Of a DNA stretch of 64,000 nt, positions 13,615-27,520 are shown piece after piece; within the stretch, counting starts at the first letter, position 1, and each line of letters starts with the position of its first letter. Made by a program: the position numbers and the translations under genes. This DNA is from Marsupella aquatica. Lineage: Eukaryota > Plantae > Marchantiophyta. The stretch covers positions 26,025,240-26,089,239 of the forward strand of contig OZ316894.1 of assembly GCA_973895155.1 (NCBI GenBank). Direction: 5' to 3'. The notes beneath the pieces were generated by a model. That model saw nothing but the letters and a program-made list of their open reading frames with translations, had not been told where the DNA came from and searched no databases.

Positions 13615-16600
13615 ATGGGTCCGGCAGCCTTAGCCATTGGCCCTTGCGCTCTTCGTGCCTCTGCCTCAGAGTCCTCTGCCGTCGCTTCAACTTCTTCCTC
13701 CTCCTCCTTCAAGGCAGGCTCCCATGGGGATCTGAAGAAGTGCAGGCTGTCTCCCTGGCATTTTCAGGGGGAGAGGTTTTCTCCGTTTCTCCACCTACGC
13801 CCTACTTCTCCCAAGTATTCTGTCAGATCTAAGGCGGGTTCTTCTCAACGACCAACTAAATTCAATCAGTCTGTTGTAGCTGCAGTGGCAGAAAAGGCCA
13901 GTGAATACAGCATTCCCAGTGAAGAGGGCCGCCTATCGCAACGCGGAGGTGGTGCAGAAAGCGAACCAGAGGAGTTTGCTGGTTACCAGCCATGGGGTGG
14001 AAATGACTCCGATACAGCAGGCGCCGTAAGTCTCAGTCCTTTGGAATCTAAATTTTGTTATTTCTCAAAAACGATGAAGTGTAATTTTTTTTTATAGGAG
14101 ATCTTTCCAGGCTCCCCGAATTGTCAAGCTTTCTATCCAATTTATCAGGTCGGTTGTCTTTCCAGGTCTTGGTAGCAGACAACACGACTGTGCTCACTCC
14201 AATAGAGGACATAAGTAAATAAGAAGAAAGAATGAAAGAATGAAGAAAGAAACCTCGTTGGTACACATACAGCTTATAGCTGAAATCTCCGTGAATTTAA
14301 TAGTCATAGGGTTTAGGCCTGCTGGAGATGTTCTCAGAAATGTTCCCTGTTTGTCACCGTTGAAATTTCAAAGGTGGTCACTGTAAGCCTTTGCTAGCCA
14401 TTTGTTGCTTTCTGTCTTAAAAGTGGTCTGTTTTGAAAAGTACTTTTCTAGAGAGGATAAAAAAAACCGTATTTCTCAAGAGGCTAAAAAAAACGACAAG
14501 AGAAAAAAAGTACTTTAGACAGTCCTTTGATAGAGCTAATTTCTGAGGAATGTTATCGGCCAAGGATTTTGCCAATGCAATTTGAAACGCAAAATGCTCT
14601 GAATAGTACAGATAAGACGCAGATCAACGGGTGCAAGTTTCAAAATTGCCCGCCATATTGAATCTATGTTCCAAATGATACCCTCTTAGAGAATCTAGTT
14701 TGTAAAACTTGCTGGAGAAAGTTTTAGCTCGTGTTGTATAATCTGGAGGTGGATTCTGTGGGCACACCTACCTGTCCTAATACTTGTTGAACTGTGTCCC
14801 CCCACCCTTCCTTTGCTCCATGCTGTAGACGAAAAGAAGATATCCAAATTGATTCCATAAAATCTGAACCAGAATCTTGACCAGAAAACTATCGAATGAC
14901 AAGCCAAATTAGTCACAGGGCCGTAACAATTGGCAGGCCCCCTAAGGATATATAATCAAATAACCAAATAGACCATTTATGCTATCATTAATGATGGAAG
15001 AATATGAGAACATCACAGTTTCAGTTGGGCCATTCCTTTTGTGTCGAATAATATTTTGAGAAAATTAGGTTCTAAAACCGGGTTTTGCAATTCAGGTATT
15101 ACAAGTGGAGGACTTGACATTGAGTGCAGGAGGCAAGGATCTAATCAGTGGAGGGGAATGGCGACTTTTGCCTGGAGAACACGCAGGGATTGTTGGAGTC
15201 AACGGCTCCGGCAAAAGCTCTCTACTGCGTGCAATTGTTGGAGTGTCAGAAATGCAATCTGGGTCTATCACGGTGGCCCCGGGCACGGAGTTGGGCTATT
15301 TAGAACAGACGTGAGGACAAAAACCTTCTCTGTGAATTTCTTCATCGGTTAATTTAGTTGTTCCAAATCTCGTCATGATAGCCCGTACAGTCATACGCCA
15401 TGTAGTTGAAATATTGGAGGCTAAAAGGACTTCCTCTCTGTGGAGGTTTGGGTCTATTCAAAGGTACATCATTTTGATAGGTCACTTCTCTTGAATCATC
15501 TTTGTTTAGCTTTATCGTATAATCTTCCCAGCGCACTGGATGCCTCACTTTGTGATGGAAATCAATCCATAGGGCGGTATCTGGATCAACTCGTACCGTG
15601 TGGGAAGAAGCTGGGTCTCGGATGCTGGCATTGAAAGCAGCTATGCGAGAGCTTGAAGCTGCAGAAAAGACTGTGGAGAATGCAGTGGAGGAGAAAGAGA
15701 TTGACAGGGCTATAGAAAGACTGGGAAGAGCTCAAGAGCGGGTTGAAGCTTTGGATGGCTATCGGATGGATGAAGTAATTGCTGGGTGAGAACAACAGCA
15801 ATCCCTTTTACTTCTTCTTCTACGCTGAACTTCTGGAAGGTTTGGTTGAGGTGAAAGCTGTATATCCAAGCATTGCAACTGAATTTAAAGCTCCATCACA
15901 GCCACCACCCTAAACAACTTTAGGAGAAATTGAACATAGCCGCTTGCAGTTTCTAAAGCTCTACACTTTTTTTCTCTGGTAATCATATACCCAGGTCAGA
16001 GCCACGTGAAGCAGTGCAGTAGTAGGAAAGAAAGCTCATGAGAGTGAACTGGGAGCTTGGAAGGCTGAGTTTATTTACATCTTGGAGCCTGAGACTAGAT
16101 TTCTCTTCGTCCCTAAGACCTCACGGAGATGGACAGCTCTAGGTTGTCATAAGGACGGAGACTTGTCTCTGTGTCGAGGGTTTTCTGGTCAGCTGGTAGC
16201 CTGAGATTTGAGATGAGGTGCCTTTGCGCTCGTTTCTCCCTTGTCCTAGATCCGTGAAAAATTTGACCACCGTCTATCTTTTAAAGTCCTTTGCCCTATT
16301 CATAAGGTGTCCCTATAGTCTCTATAGAGAGAGGTATGCTTGATCATTCATGTTAGGAATCCGTAAAAAGGTTAGTGAAACCTCTGAGTTAGTCCTGGCT
16401 GACGCCCTAAGCTCTTCACATTGGCAGGATGTATAGGTTTACGAGTGATTTATCTCCAGCAGTTATTTTCACTTGTGCTGGGCTTGTTCTTCTCGGAAGT
16501 TTTTACTACATTCTAGACAGGAAATGTTGGGGACTGCTGCAAAGAAAGGTGAGGACATATTGGCTTAACATTCCTACCTGTGTTTCGGTTTGACATGCAG

Positions 16601-19600
16601 TGTTCTGAATGGCCTGGGATTTGAGTCCTCGGACTGGGATAGATCTTGCTCGGAATTCTCCGGAGGATGGCAGATGCGGATAGCTCTTGCTAGGCTATTG
16701 TTGGGACAGAAGGGCCACGTTGGGAGGTCCCTCCTGATACTCGATGAGCCAACCAATCATCTTGATACCAAGGCCAAGGTACCATTGTTCAATCTAGCTA
16801 TTTATAAAATGGTCTGTACTCAAGTCGAGAGAGCAATCATTCCAGTAGCAACAGATTCAGGGAACGCTCTTACTGTGGTCACACTGAACGTATCTTCGTA
16901 ACGGGTCAGTTGAATGCCTTACTTGTGAGGTGCAGTCTGTTTGCTTTCTAATAAGTTGGGTCTATCTCTGGATTGATTGGATCAGAAATGGCTTGCCAAT
17001 TACCTGAAGGGTGTCACAGCAGCTGTTGCAATTGTGAGCCACGATCAAGAGTTTCTGGAGAAAGTTTGTGATCGTATTGTGGAGGTACAGTGACGCTTGC
17101 AATCTAGTTGATTGGCTCCCTGACTGAACTTGCGATAAGGACCAGATATGTAAATTGCTCTCGAAAACCGTTAAGGTCCATTAGTGTTGCAACTTGCCCT
17201 AGAACATTTCATGATAGAGCCTGATAGGGTTCTTTGTCGGCTTCTTGAAAATCGTAGTTGAAGTTGGGAGTTTAAGTCAAGCTAATGCAAGGTGTAGGAA
17301 GCTGTGGCTTGTGATTGCTAACAGTAGTAAATGATATGCTGAAACAATAGATCATGGTATGGCAGTCAAGTTTTCATGCCGAGTACGTTGCTGAAAGCAA
17401 AAAGATGTTCCCTACATTGACAAACACGCAGGCTTCTTCCAATGTAACTTCACAAAAGGTTCTCAGTTGTGGCAGTTTTATCTGGGATGGACAGATTCGT
17501 GGACAAATGCTGCATCATTACACAGGAAGCTACTCTAAATTTTTGAGGACAAGAGAAGCACAACAGCAGCAGGCCTTGCAAGATTACCAAGCGAAGCAGG
17601 CTGAGATTGAACGTCTGGAAGGTTTTGTAAATCGGTTTGGAGCAAAAGCAACAAAGGCTGCGGCGGCCAACTCTAAAAAGAAACAAATAGAGCGAATCAA
17701 GCAACAAATGCCAGATTCTGTACCGGTGTCATTAACAGGTAAATGATCTGTTACGAAGGAGTCTTTTTTCTTTAGTCTTTTAGCATGTTAGGACGATGTC
17801 TTGAGAGTCCAATATATCAACTGACTGCCGGGATTGTTTTCTTGATGTTTTTCATGCAAAATGCTTTCTTTTATCCAAACAGTTGTGACATAAACTGCCA
17901 TCTGCCCCGCATTAAAGATGATGTTTTAAATTTAGGTCTCGGAGAAGCAGGAGGGGACAAAAGTCATATCTCAGTGAAGCTCCCTAAACCTCCCCCATGT
18001 TCCAGGGAGGCGTTGGTTTTGAATAAAGCCTCCATTGGATGGGACGGATGTGCTCCTCTGATGCAGAATGTGAATATATGCCTGACAACTGCAATGCGTC
18101 TGGTAACTACCTTTTCTGGGAGAGGCTGCTAGTTAAGAGCAACATTTGACAGAAATGCAGTTGCTCGTCGGTGGCTTTAATTTGTGATGACTGAAAACTT
18201 GGCCATATTATATCTGAACTTTCTGGAGCTCATTATTGAATGTACGTTTCTTAATGGCTCACTTCTGCTAAGGAAGTGTAGCTCACATTTCGATGTTCTG
18301 ATTCACACAACAGGTTATCTTAGGGCCGAATGGGTGTGGGAAATCGACATTGATGCGGGCAATCGCTGGGAGAGGAGCCCTGCAAGAAGGCACGAGGCAT
18401 GTTGGTGATAGAGTCGAAATAGGAGTTTTCACCCAGGATCTGGCCCAAGACTTGCCAGGTCATCTGTCTGGGTTGGAGTTTGTTCTAGAGGTGCCCACTT
18501 CAGCAAATACACTCATAATAATTGTCGTTATTGGACACATTCCAGCTAAGACTAAATAGAGCAGCTCTTCTCATGGCACACAGATGTAGTTTTGATGTCA
18601 GGGATTCTTTGAGGATGCTGGTCTGATTTTCCTTCTCTCATTTGGGAAAGTTGACTAAGTTTCTGAAGCTATGTCTTGGATCGATGGACAGTTTAGCTTG
18701 TACAACATAGATGAGCGGATGGAGACGCTGCTCTCCGCGGGCAGGCCACCTATTTGCTTAGTCTGGGATGACGTTCTCGAGTCATTCGTGAAAATAACTA
18801 TTTTCATTTGGTTGCTACCAGGTTGCTCGTGAGAAAGACCCTTCCATCACTGATGGCCAGGCACGTACAGCTTTGGGAGCTTTGGGGCTATCTGGTGATG
18901 CTGCATTGAGACCTATTTCACTGCTCTCTGGTAAGATGCTTTCCTTTTTATGAAGCTTATTTCCGTCGATCTTATGCCTATCAGCGAGGGCCTGTTTCAT
19001 TTCAATGAATTTCAGAATTGCAATGTGGGATAGGCATAACTTGCATAACTTTGGTTTTTACTTTTGACATTCACATCTGAGACATAGATTACGATAACTA
19101 ATTGATTTTTGACATAATAGGTGGTGAAAAGGCGCGTGTGGCATTGGGAGTCTTCATGCTAAGACCTTATAACTGTCTACTCTTGGATGAAGCAAGCAAT
19201 CATCTTGATCATCTTTCTGCTTTAGCTCTTGCAAGGGGTCTGAGCACTTTTCAAGGTTGGTATTTATCATTTGTAGCAGTGTCGAGATCAACGTAGGTTT
19301 ACTTTTTTCACCTCCTTCATGAAGGTTAGAGTTATGTCTTTTATATGTTAGCCTGGTTACTTCTGCTTTTTGAAGCAAAGGAGAAATTAATTGGAGGGTG
19401 GTCTCCGTCTTACCAAGTAGGTTGAGACGGTATTGAGCACTTGTTTTCCTCTACGGCTCTGAACTTGCTCATCTGTGGACACATACAATTTCTGCAGGTG
19501 CAATGGTCGCTATCTCTCATGACCAGAAGTTTTGTGAAGCTTTGAATCCCACACATATCGCCAGGGTTGAAACAGATGGATCAGTGACTATTGGCAATGC

Positions 19601-20180
19601 CATCTTTGGAAAAGTGGAGATGGCTCCTAATTCAGTTCAAACTGTCTCAAACAAGGTAAACACATCTACTGAAAAGCCAAAGGCGCAGACTAAGAGCAAA
19701 GGCAATTCCAGCAATGGCACAGTTCAACAATCTACAGGAAAATCAAATGCATATCAAGACAAGAAACGCTCTCAACAGGTACTTTTTAAGTGTACTTTCT
19801 ATTATTTTGATGAACATTGCCATTCCAACTAATATAATTATGGAGCCTGTTTCCAATATTTGAGCATTGTTAATGTTCTTCAGTAGTGTTCTGAATTTTT
19901 ACCCTGATGTGACAAACATCTAGGCTGAGTCCGACGCTGTGGAGTGTTCTGTCTGCAGGTACAGGGACAGATACAAAAGAAACTCGCAGAAATAAAGGAG
20001 CTTGAAACTGCTTGTCTGTTACTAGACGAAGAGATGGCTGCCGCTGGGAGCAATGCACAAAAGGCAATGGAGATTCATGTCAGAAAGGAACAGATAAACA
20101 ACAGACTACATCGAGTAGAGAGTGAGTGGGAAACTCTGGAGGCAGAATTGCAAGAACTGAATGAACGTGCTGTTGTTTAG
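13615..20180 (+). CDS. ABCF-family soluble ATPase (two ABC domains plus C-terminal coiled coil), probable plastid transit peptide, 12 exons
   Basis: Exons join in frame. First ABC domain: Walker [38 protein letters not shown]. Linker YTGSYSKF. Second ABC domain: [34 protein letters not shown]. Ser/Ala-rich N-terminus from the ATG at 13615. Stop at 20178-20180. Confidence 0.93.
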
Positions 20181-21480
20181 AACATTCTAGGTAGGCTACA
20201 ATATTTTTTATATTATGTTACCGTCTGAGCTTAACTGAACGACCGAGTTAGGTGCACAACTAGTACTTGCGGCTCGTCCCCACAACTAGAAGTCTGTGGA
20301 GCTGAAGACTGGTGTAACTGCGTTGAAGAGCACAAGACAGAACCACTATAAATAGATTTCTTGCTCTAGATGGTGTCAAGCCGTGAATTGGGAGGCCAAA
20401 TAATGGTCAGAGAATCCCAAACCTGAATCTCTGCTCGGTCAATCAACAGAGGACAAGGAAAGTTGTCTTCTATTCATTATTCAAGCCTTCTACATATTGA
20501 ATTGAATTGAATAAAAACTGAAAGCCCTCAGGTATTATATTGTATGCTATGATTATGATTATGATTATGAGAATTGGAGATATCTGAGTCCTCTACCTGA
20601 ATCCCTCAATCATGTGGTACGGAAATTGGCGTGACAGACATTTCATGTAGAGGGCTAAACAATATTTATTTTGACCTCGCACATGTATCCCTGTGTTGGG
20701 GAGCAAGTCGATTGATCCTTGCAACCTGCAGACAACGTGAGTATAAGGTTTCGATCGTTAACTACTCCAAAGTTTCGATCGTTAACTGCTTCCGAACAAA
20801 ATGTCTTGCAGGAATGTTGATAACCATTATCGAGATCTCTATCATCAAATCTCTATAAACGGGATTGGATTTGAGTGAGTCAAACTGAAAAATTACAAAA
20901 CCCCGACAAATTCTTCATCCGGATGAGTGATCAATGAAATTCAATGGTTGGGCAAACGATCTGTCAGATGTTTGCACTATTTCATGATAATTAATGGTTA
21001 ATTGAATTTCAAAATCTGATATTGAGAATTTCGCAGTGGAATTCAATGTCAGGGTTCCAAGAGGTCAAAAGGGGCCTCGTCATAAGCAAAGCGCCCAACA
21101 GTAGGGACATACCCAATTGTAAGGATACATACTATCTTGTGGGGAACATGTCTCTCTGAGCATCCTTGGAGAGCAGAGCAATTCATTATATTGCAAATCA
21201 TTGTATTGCAAAACCGTAGGAGTAAGGTCGTCAGAATGACAATGTACTTATTGTGTTCCCATTATCTCAATAACAGATCCTCCTAATTGATGTCTTTGTT
21301 TGGCAGGCCTTCAGGCCTTCCAAATAGCTAGTACTAAAATGGATTGCAAATGTACCTTTGGCGTATATCATTCTCTCAATAACTGGGCCCATGATTGGGT
21401 CCGTCTATCACAAACAATAACTGGGCCCATGATTGGGTTGGTCTATCACAAACAACCGAATGAAATTACACATCTGGATG

Positions 21481-21697
21481 TGTTAAATCACACCTGCCAC
21501 TATAAAAGCCTCATTCCATGGCTCACTACTCACCATCGAAGGTGGAACACTAGCACCTTTTGTGGAGTACTTGCCAAAAAAAACTTTTGCAGTCAACACC
21601 TTTTGTGGAACTCAAAGCCCATTTATGAACTTGTACTCTTCAGAATGAGAGCTACGGGTTACCCGTAGCCCTTTATAGGGGCAGGTGTGGTTTAACA
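21481..21697. mobile_element. MITE-like element with ~26-bp terminal inverted repeats
   Basis: TGTTAAATCACACCTGCCACTATAAA (from 21481) pairs with TTTATAGGGGCAGGTGTGGTTTAACA (ending 21697). No TSD is evident. Confidence 0.6.
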
Positions 21698-23582
21698 AGA
21701 GAGGTTGTTGTACTATGGGAATCAAACCACCTTTCAAATGTAATTTGAAGGTTGGGGTGCAGGGTTGAGAGTGACAAGGGGGACTGCAGGGAGGGATGGG
21801 GTGCAAGGCAAGGGCACAGATTCCTCCCCTGGCATAAGAATAATAGAAAAACTAAAGAAGGAAAACCCCTTCCCCCCCACCTCACCCAAATCCAAAAGCA
21901 AACATTTTAAGCAACACCTTTCTCCCTTCCTCCTCCCTTGCTGCATGGCACCTCACCCCACCCCACCCCATCCCATCCGCCTTCCACCCTTGCCCTTGCC
22001 ATCAGGCGCAGGCCACCCCTGGGATTAAACAGAAAATTTTAAAATTCCTTATGCCCTTTTCTTTCCCCTTTCCCCAAACTCAAAATCAAACCCGCCTCCT
22101 CCCCTTTCTTTTGCAGAAGTAGCCCCCCCCCCTACCATTTCCTCCCTCGTACCTCCCTTCTGTACTGATACACCCCCAATCATAAGCAGCGCCTGCCAAT
22201 GTGCTCCCTCCCTCACGATTATGTACGTCCTACCCTCAGATATAGAGTAAGGTGTACCCTACCCACCAATACAAAGTGTATGCACCCAGTCGCAGCACTT
22301 CGATCAGCCCTATCAAGGTGGTCCCCTTCCTACAGATCTCCTGGACTTCAGATCTGTAGGGGTTGGTGGGGGACACAAAGTTGATTGAGAGATGTGACTT
22401 TCTTCCCCTTGAGCGCTATATGTGTACCAAAGCTGCACAACAATCTTTGGTAATAGTAACCTATCCTTATGCCCACTTTCATATGCCTTTTCAAAAAAAA
22501 TTTGTATCAGCTACCAAGGGAAAAGAAAAACTAGTGAACGTCTCTCCTAAAGTTCAAACTGGGAATTTATTTTAACTTAACAGCCTGAATGCCCATTCTT
22601 TGAATGTTAATAGAAATTTATTAGTAAAATGAACACATGTCAACTTTTATAAGACTCCCATTGTTTCATTCCTCACAAATATAATCTAAATGTTAAAAAA
22701 TGTTACGAGAGACGTTACATCTATGACTAGGTCATGAAAGGTAGACATAATATAGACAGATAGATCCATCGAAGCATCTGACTGTCTAAGACGGTTACAT
22801 CAAAGTGCCATGAAGTTCCATGGGACAAACACTACCTACAATTTTGTCACAGGGACTACAGAATTTTTCAGCCATATATTTATTGAGGGAACCTGATACT
22901 TACCATGGTGTTATCAAATCTTGAGGCCAGGTGGCGCTGAAGGTATAGTTCCCCTGTTGCCAAAGTCACCCCTCTTGCCCTCCCCAAATGCCTCACCCCA
23001 CCGGAAACATAAAGGTACACTGGGTGGGGCCCATAATCTCACGTCGCCACCACACCGGTACCGGAGGACTAGGCAATTTGGGCACAGTCAACACCATCAA
23101 TTGATGTGGTATAAATGTCACGAATCTTGCAGGGATTGGGCATCGGGTCTGTCCATTTGAAGGATCGACGGCTGACAGAAGCTAACTAGGAAAACTTTCA
23201 CAAAATGGCACTAAATATGTGTAATAAAGTGGGCTACGTACCTCTTGTATCGTACCGTCATCCACATGAACACGCACACTCCGCGTTCTTGTACCAGATT
23301 CGTATTATAGCATGGAGTGAATCTGAGTCTTTCATAAGATACCCTAGTAGTAATTGGATCCTGCAGGGAGTCAGGTTTGGTGCTGCATAAAACAATTTTG
23401 GGATTTTGCGATTTGTTTTGTGTTTTGAGAGGGAGCTTAATTAAGTGGCCATGCCCCAACAGCCTATTTTAAGAGGGTGATGGAGGGGGTTGCAAGACAG
23501 GTTTATTGACTTATTTACCCGACTTATGTACCCAAACCTTAGGGATAGCAGTGTGGTTTCGAAGATGTGATGTGTGTAATAT

Positions 23583-23760
23583 CTCCTCATGGTACACATT
23601 GGGGTATCAAACTATACAATTGATTGAAAGCTACTCTTCAGGGTTTATGTTCTAGAGAGAAACATCTAAATTTCTCCTTGTGGTACACATTGGGGTATCC
23701 AAACAATCATGATTGAGAACTACTCTTCAGAGTGTCCATGTTCTAGAGAGAATCATCTAC
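23583..23760. repeat. ~90-bp tandem duplication
   Basis: CTCCT..TGGTACACATTGGGGTATC...CTACTCTTCAG...TGTTCTAGAGAGAA.CATCTA occurs twice. Confidence 0.8.
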
Positions 23761-26533
23761 TGTAGACAGACTTAGAGAGAAACATTTAGACTGTGACTCC
23801 AGGGTGTAACTGAAGTTGGGCATGTGATTATAAAGTGAGGGTTAGGGGCAAGTGCGTGCTGTGTGAAAAGGACTCAACAGTTTGAATGTACTCACTTTTA
23901 TTTATTTATTTATAAAGAAAGGGCCGTCAACATTTCCCCTCATTTTTCCTTTGAAGTATTTGACAAAGGGCTCGGCACTAAATTATTGGGAATTGAAAAA
24001 TCAGTAAACTTGACCTAAGGATTCCAATGTAGAAAACATCTTTTAAAACCCAAAAATGTGGTTGTATATCTTCTCAAGCTAGTGATAGTTCTGCTCTAGC
24101 CAGAAATTATTTACTCCTTTCCATCTGTTCGTCTATCCATAGGAAAACATCTATAATGTGCCAAAGGACTAAAAAAATAGTAATACTGGAGACAGGATCT
24201 CAGAGGCAAGAAACCCAATGAAGGGGGGGAGGGCAAAGCAAAGCAAAGTAGGAGAAGACAGAAGAGCCTAAAAGAGGCAAGAAAGTCAACCAAAGAGGGG
24301 GGAAAACAAAGCAAAAATTCAGAGAAGGCCAAATAGCCAAAAAGGCCAGAGAGTCTAAAGTTCAAAAGAACTAAAGCCCTGAAAAGCCTTGTAGGGTCAC
24401 TAAGAGGGATGTGAATAGAGCGTTAAAACAATAGGAAAATCTCCCAAATAAAATCAGTCAGATCGAAAATTTAGTAATTGTACATTTTTTGCACGTTGAT
24501 ACTTTATGAAACTTGAATGATATGCTTCTTCGGATTTTGTGCTCCCATAGGATCGATGCCATTTATGAATCAGCGAAGAAACGAACGAATGTTAAACTCT
24601 ACGAAACGAACAGAGGACACATCCGAACAGAGGACACATCCGAACAGAGTCGAGCTTCGAGTGTCGCGAAGCAGACGATGCGCATCGAGGAATTGGTCCT
24701 GATTCTGCTTCAATTACTGTATACAATTGGCGCTTCGTTGCGATTCGAGTCTCCCTCGTCCTCGAGCTCCATCGGGATCGCTGGACTTCGTCGCATTTCG
24801 TCCGGCAGGTCTGTTGTGAACGCTGTATGAATCGAATCTGGGCTGCTTCTGGTGTTGCAGGCGAACATCTCGAGGTCTCGCTTCCCTCGGCCTGCACGGC
24901 TTGGTCGTCCGGACGGCACGAGCTCGTCGTATGTTCTGCTAGCTGCCCCTTTCTCCTGCTCCTCTGCGTCCCCTGTCTTGAAGTGTCGCGTTGTGCGGTG
25001 TTGAGTGAATCAGAGACATCGTCTCCGTCTGAGATGACACTCTCTGCTTCTTTCTTTTTGCTCGTTTTTTGATCCGCAGGGAGTTCACAGATATCATCGC
25101 GCGTGATTGTGAAAAATGAGAAACATGAGTTCAGTCAAGAAAACACATGAATACTCGCTTTACTTGTTTACTCTTCGTTTTGGTTTGCCCCGTCTTCAGG
25201 AAAGGAGGGAGGCAGGCTGGGGAGAGTTTGAGGCATTAGAGAGTTTAGAATAATCCACAACGCTTCATGCATTTCCTTTGCTTCTTGTCACCTAGTTGTG
25301 AGATTGGATTTCTGGTTGCCAATACCGACACACATATGGATCTGTCTGCCTGCCTACCCTTTTGGCAGAGTCGGACTTTTCGGCAGGTTATGTTCCCGAT
25401 GATGCAGTTGACCTCTTTTTCCATTGTGGGAAGAACTTTCCGGCTACGTGTCAGGCGATGACAGGGTTTTCGGCATTGTATTTGAATGTGGAGCCTATTT
25501 CTGGACTGTGATCGTTTTGGCGCTGCTCTGTGCTTGGCAGGAAAGAAATTTGATCGAGTCGTTGTTCTGGACTTCCCGCGATGATGAGGACGATGTACGA
25601 AAACAAGTGTGGGAGACTTCTTCTGCGCTCGTGGCAATCGCATTGCATTGTTAGCTGCTGAAGCAACGAGGGGGTGGTGTTGACGAGCAGTGCGAACCAA
25701 CGAGCAGTGCGAACCAACCAGCTGTGCGACCCATCTTGAAGATCGCGAGTATGATCAACCCGTGGAGACATAGGATGCAATGAATTGAAGCTGCCGACTG
25801 GATCGATTGATTGACGGAGCGTTGTTCACCTTCTGGGGGTCCGATTTTGCGGCACTGCATTGCGTGATTACAAGTGCGTGAAGGTTATCTGTTCGGCTCC
25901 AGTTTAAGAATGGTCGAAATTGGCGGAGCGGACTGTAAGCACGTAACTGGCACGGCAATGCCACTTCGAGATCGTGGTGGGAAGGACGTCAATATCACCA
26001 AAAGATGAATTGAAGTGTTGATGTTGAGAAATAATCTATCGAAGAGGAGCAATCAGTCATTGTCGCTCTGAAGGGACTAACTCAACGACTTGTGATTTTT
26101 AGTCTCTCATCAAGGGGCTGGATCGCTACTGTGGTTCCTACAAAGGTGCCATGATGTTCGGTATATAGTCCTAGCTGGGCAGTCATTTGCAAAGAAGCTG
26201 CTCGAGCTCAAACCTCCGGACACTCGGCGCAGGTGGAGCAGGCATGCATACGCGGAAAGAGTTCAGTCGAATTACTTCGGAGTGCTGAAGGTTAACCATC
26301 TGACGAAATTGAGATCGCTGGGAGAGGAGACAGTCGGGTGTCTTTATTTGTGGTGGGCCAACTGGAGGGTGAGTGATTTGTTATCCGTACGGGATCGTTA
26401 CTTCTCTCTCTCGTGGGTCTCTCTCGTGGGTGCGGTAGAGGGAAGGTCTGGAAAGGAGAACTCTATTAAAGATTCGGTGATTAGGAAGAAGGCGTGGTAA
26501 TAGATTACCAGATCTGAACTTTGGGAGATACAA

Positions 26534-27520
26534 ATGGCAGAAGTGAAAACAAGTCCGGAGGGTCTGTCAGGTCATCTTGCAGGCTTACGGCTGTCGCCTG
26601 AGTCTAACAATGAGAATTCGGAGGAAAAAACCATCTACGAGAACTTGATGGAGATATTCCCGCTCATGGAGGACTTCATGAAGAACCAGGGGAGACCGTC
26701 GTTCGCCCATCAAGCTCCGATGAGCTTTACTCGTACTCCTTCTCGGCAGGTTCCTCAGAAGAGGAAGCTGGAGCAGAATACAATGTGGACTAATGGCGTC
26801 GAACTATCCGATCGGTCAGATGCGAAACTCCAACCTTTGAACATCCCACTCGCGCAAGACTTACAGCGTGATGTCGAGGAGCTGAGCAATCGGTTGCGGG
26901 AAACCCAACTTCAATCCAGCTCTGCCACCAAGGAGCTGCAGTCGACCTTGGAATCGAAGGAGACCCAACTTGTTGAGATGGAATTGATGGTCCGTAGGCT
27001 TCAGAAGGAAGTTCAGAGAAGGGAGCAGGTGGCCTACTCTGCTCAAAGGGAACTGGCCGATACTAAGGATGAAGTTGCCAGGATGAGATCGATTATGCGA
27101 AAGGCCGGGTCAAATATATCCGAGACGAACAACAAGTCAGCTGGGATTGAGCACGAGTTACTTGGTTTACAACTACAGCTTTCGGAGTTATATTCACTAG
27201 TGGAGTCGAACGATCAAATTCTGTCCGAAACCGTGAGTGTTTTTCGTGCTCCGTTGTCCGGTAAGGTCTGTGTCGGACAGTCTCGAACTGATCGCATCGA
27301 TTGGCACAGACGAAACAAGGAGAATGTGGAGCTGGCAAGAAGAGCTTATTTGGCATCCGTCATAGTAGCGAGAGAAATACATAAAGAGTCTCCCCTGATG
27401 CTCTGTGCGGTTTTGAGATTTCAATTGCAAGCCTTTCTGAGGGATGCAGACGTTCTTGTAGATTCTCAAGTGGCAGGGCGAGCTTTTCGTCAAAATCAGT
27501 TGGGATTAACTCCCTCTTGA
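26534..27520 (+). CDS. MPB2C: Microtubule-binding protein MPB2C-like, intronless, 328 aa
   Basis: N-terminal NLMEIFPLMEDFM...RPSF...MSFTRTPSR, a central coiled coil and C-terminal ELARRAYLASV..ARE....L...A.LRFQLQAFL follow the plant MPB2C pattern. Confidence 0.75.
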   Translation: MAEVKTSPEGLSGHLAGLRLSPESNNENSEEKTIYENLMEIFPLMEDFMKNQGRPSFAHQAPMSFTRTPSRQVPQKRKLEQNTMWTNGVELSDRSDAKLQPLNIPLAQDLQRDVEELSNRLRETQLQSSSATKELQSTLESKETQLVEMELMVRRLQKEVQRREQVAYSAQRELADTKDEVARMRSIMRKAGSNISETNNKSAGIEHELLGLQLQLSELYSLVESNDQILSETVSVFRAPLSGKVCVGQSRTDRIDWHRRNKENVELARRAYLASVIVAREIHKESPLMLCAVLRFQLQAFLRDADVLVDSQVAGRAFRQNQLGLTPS

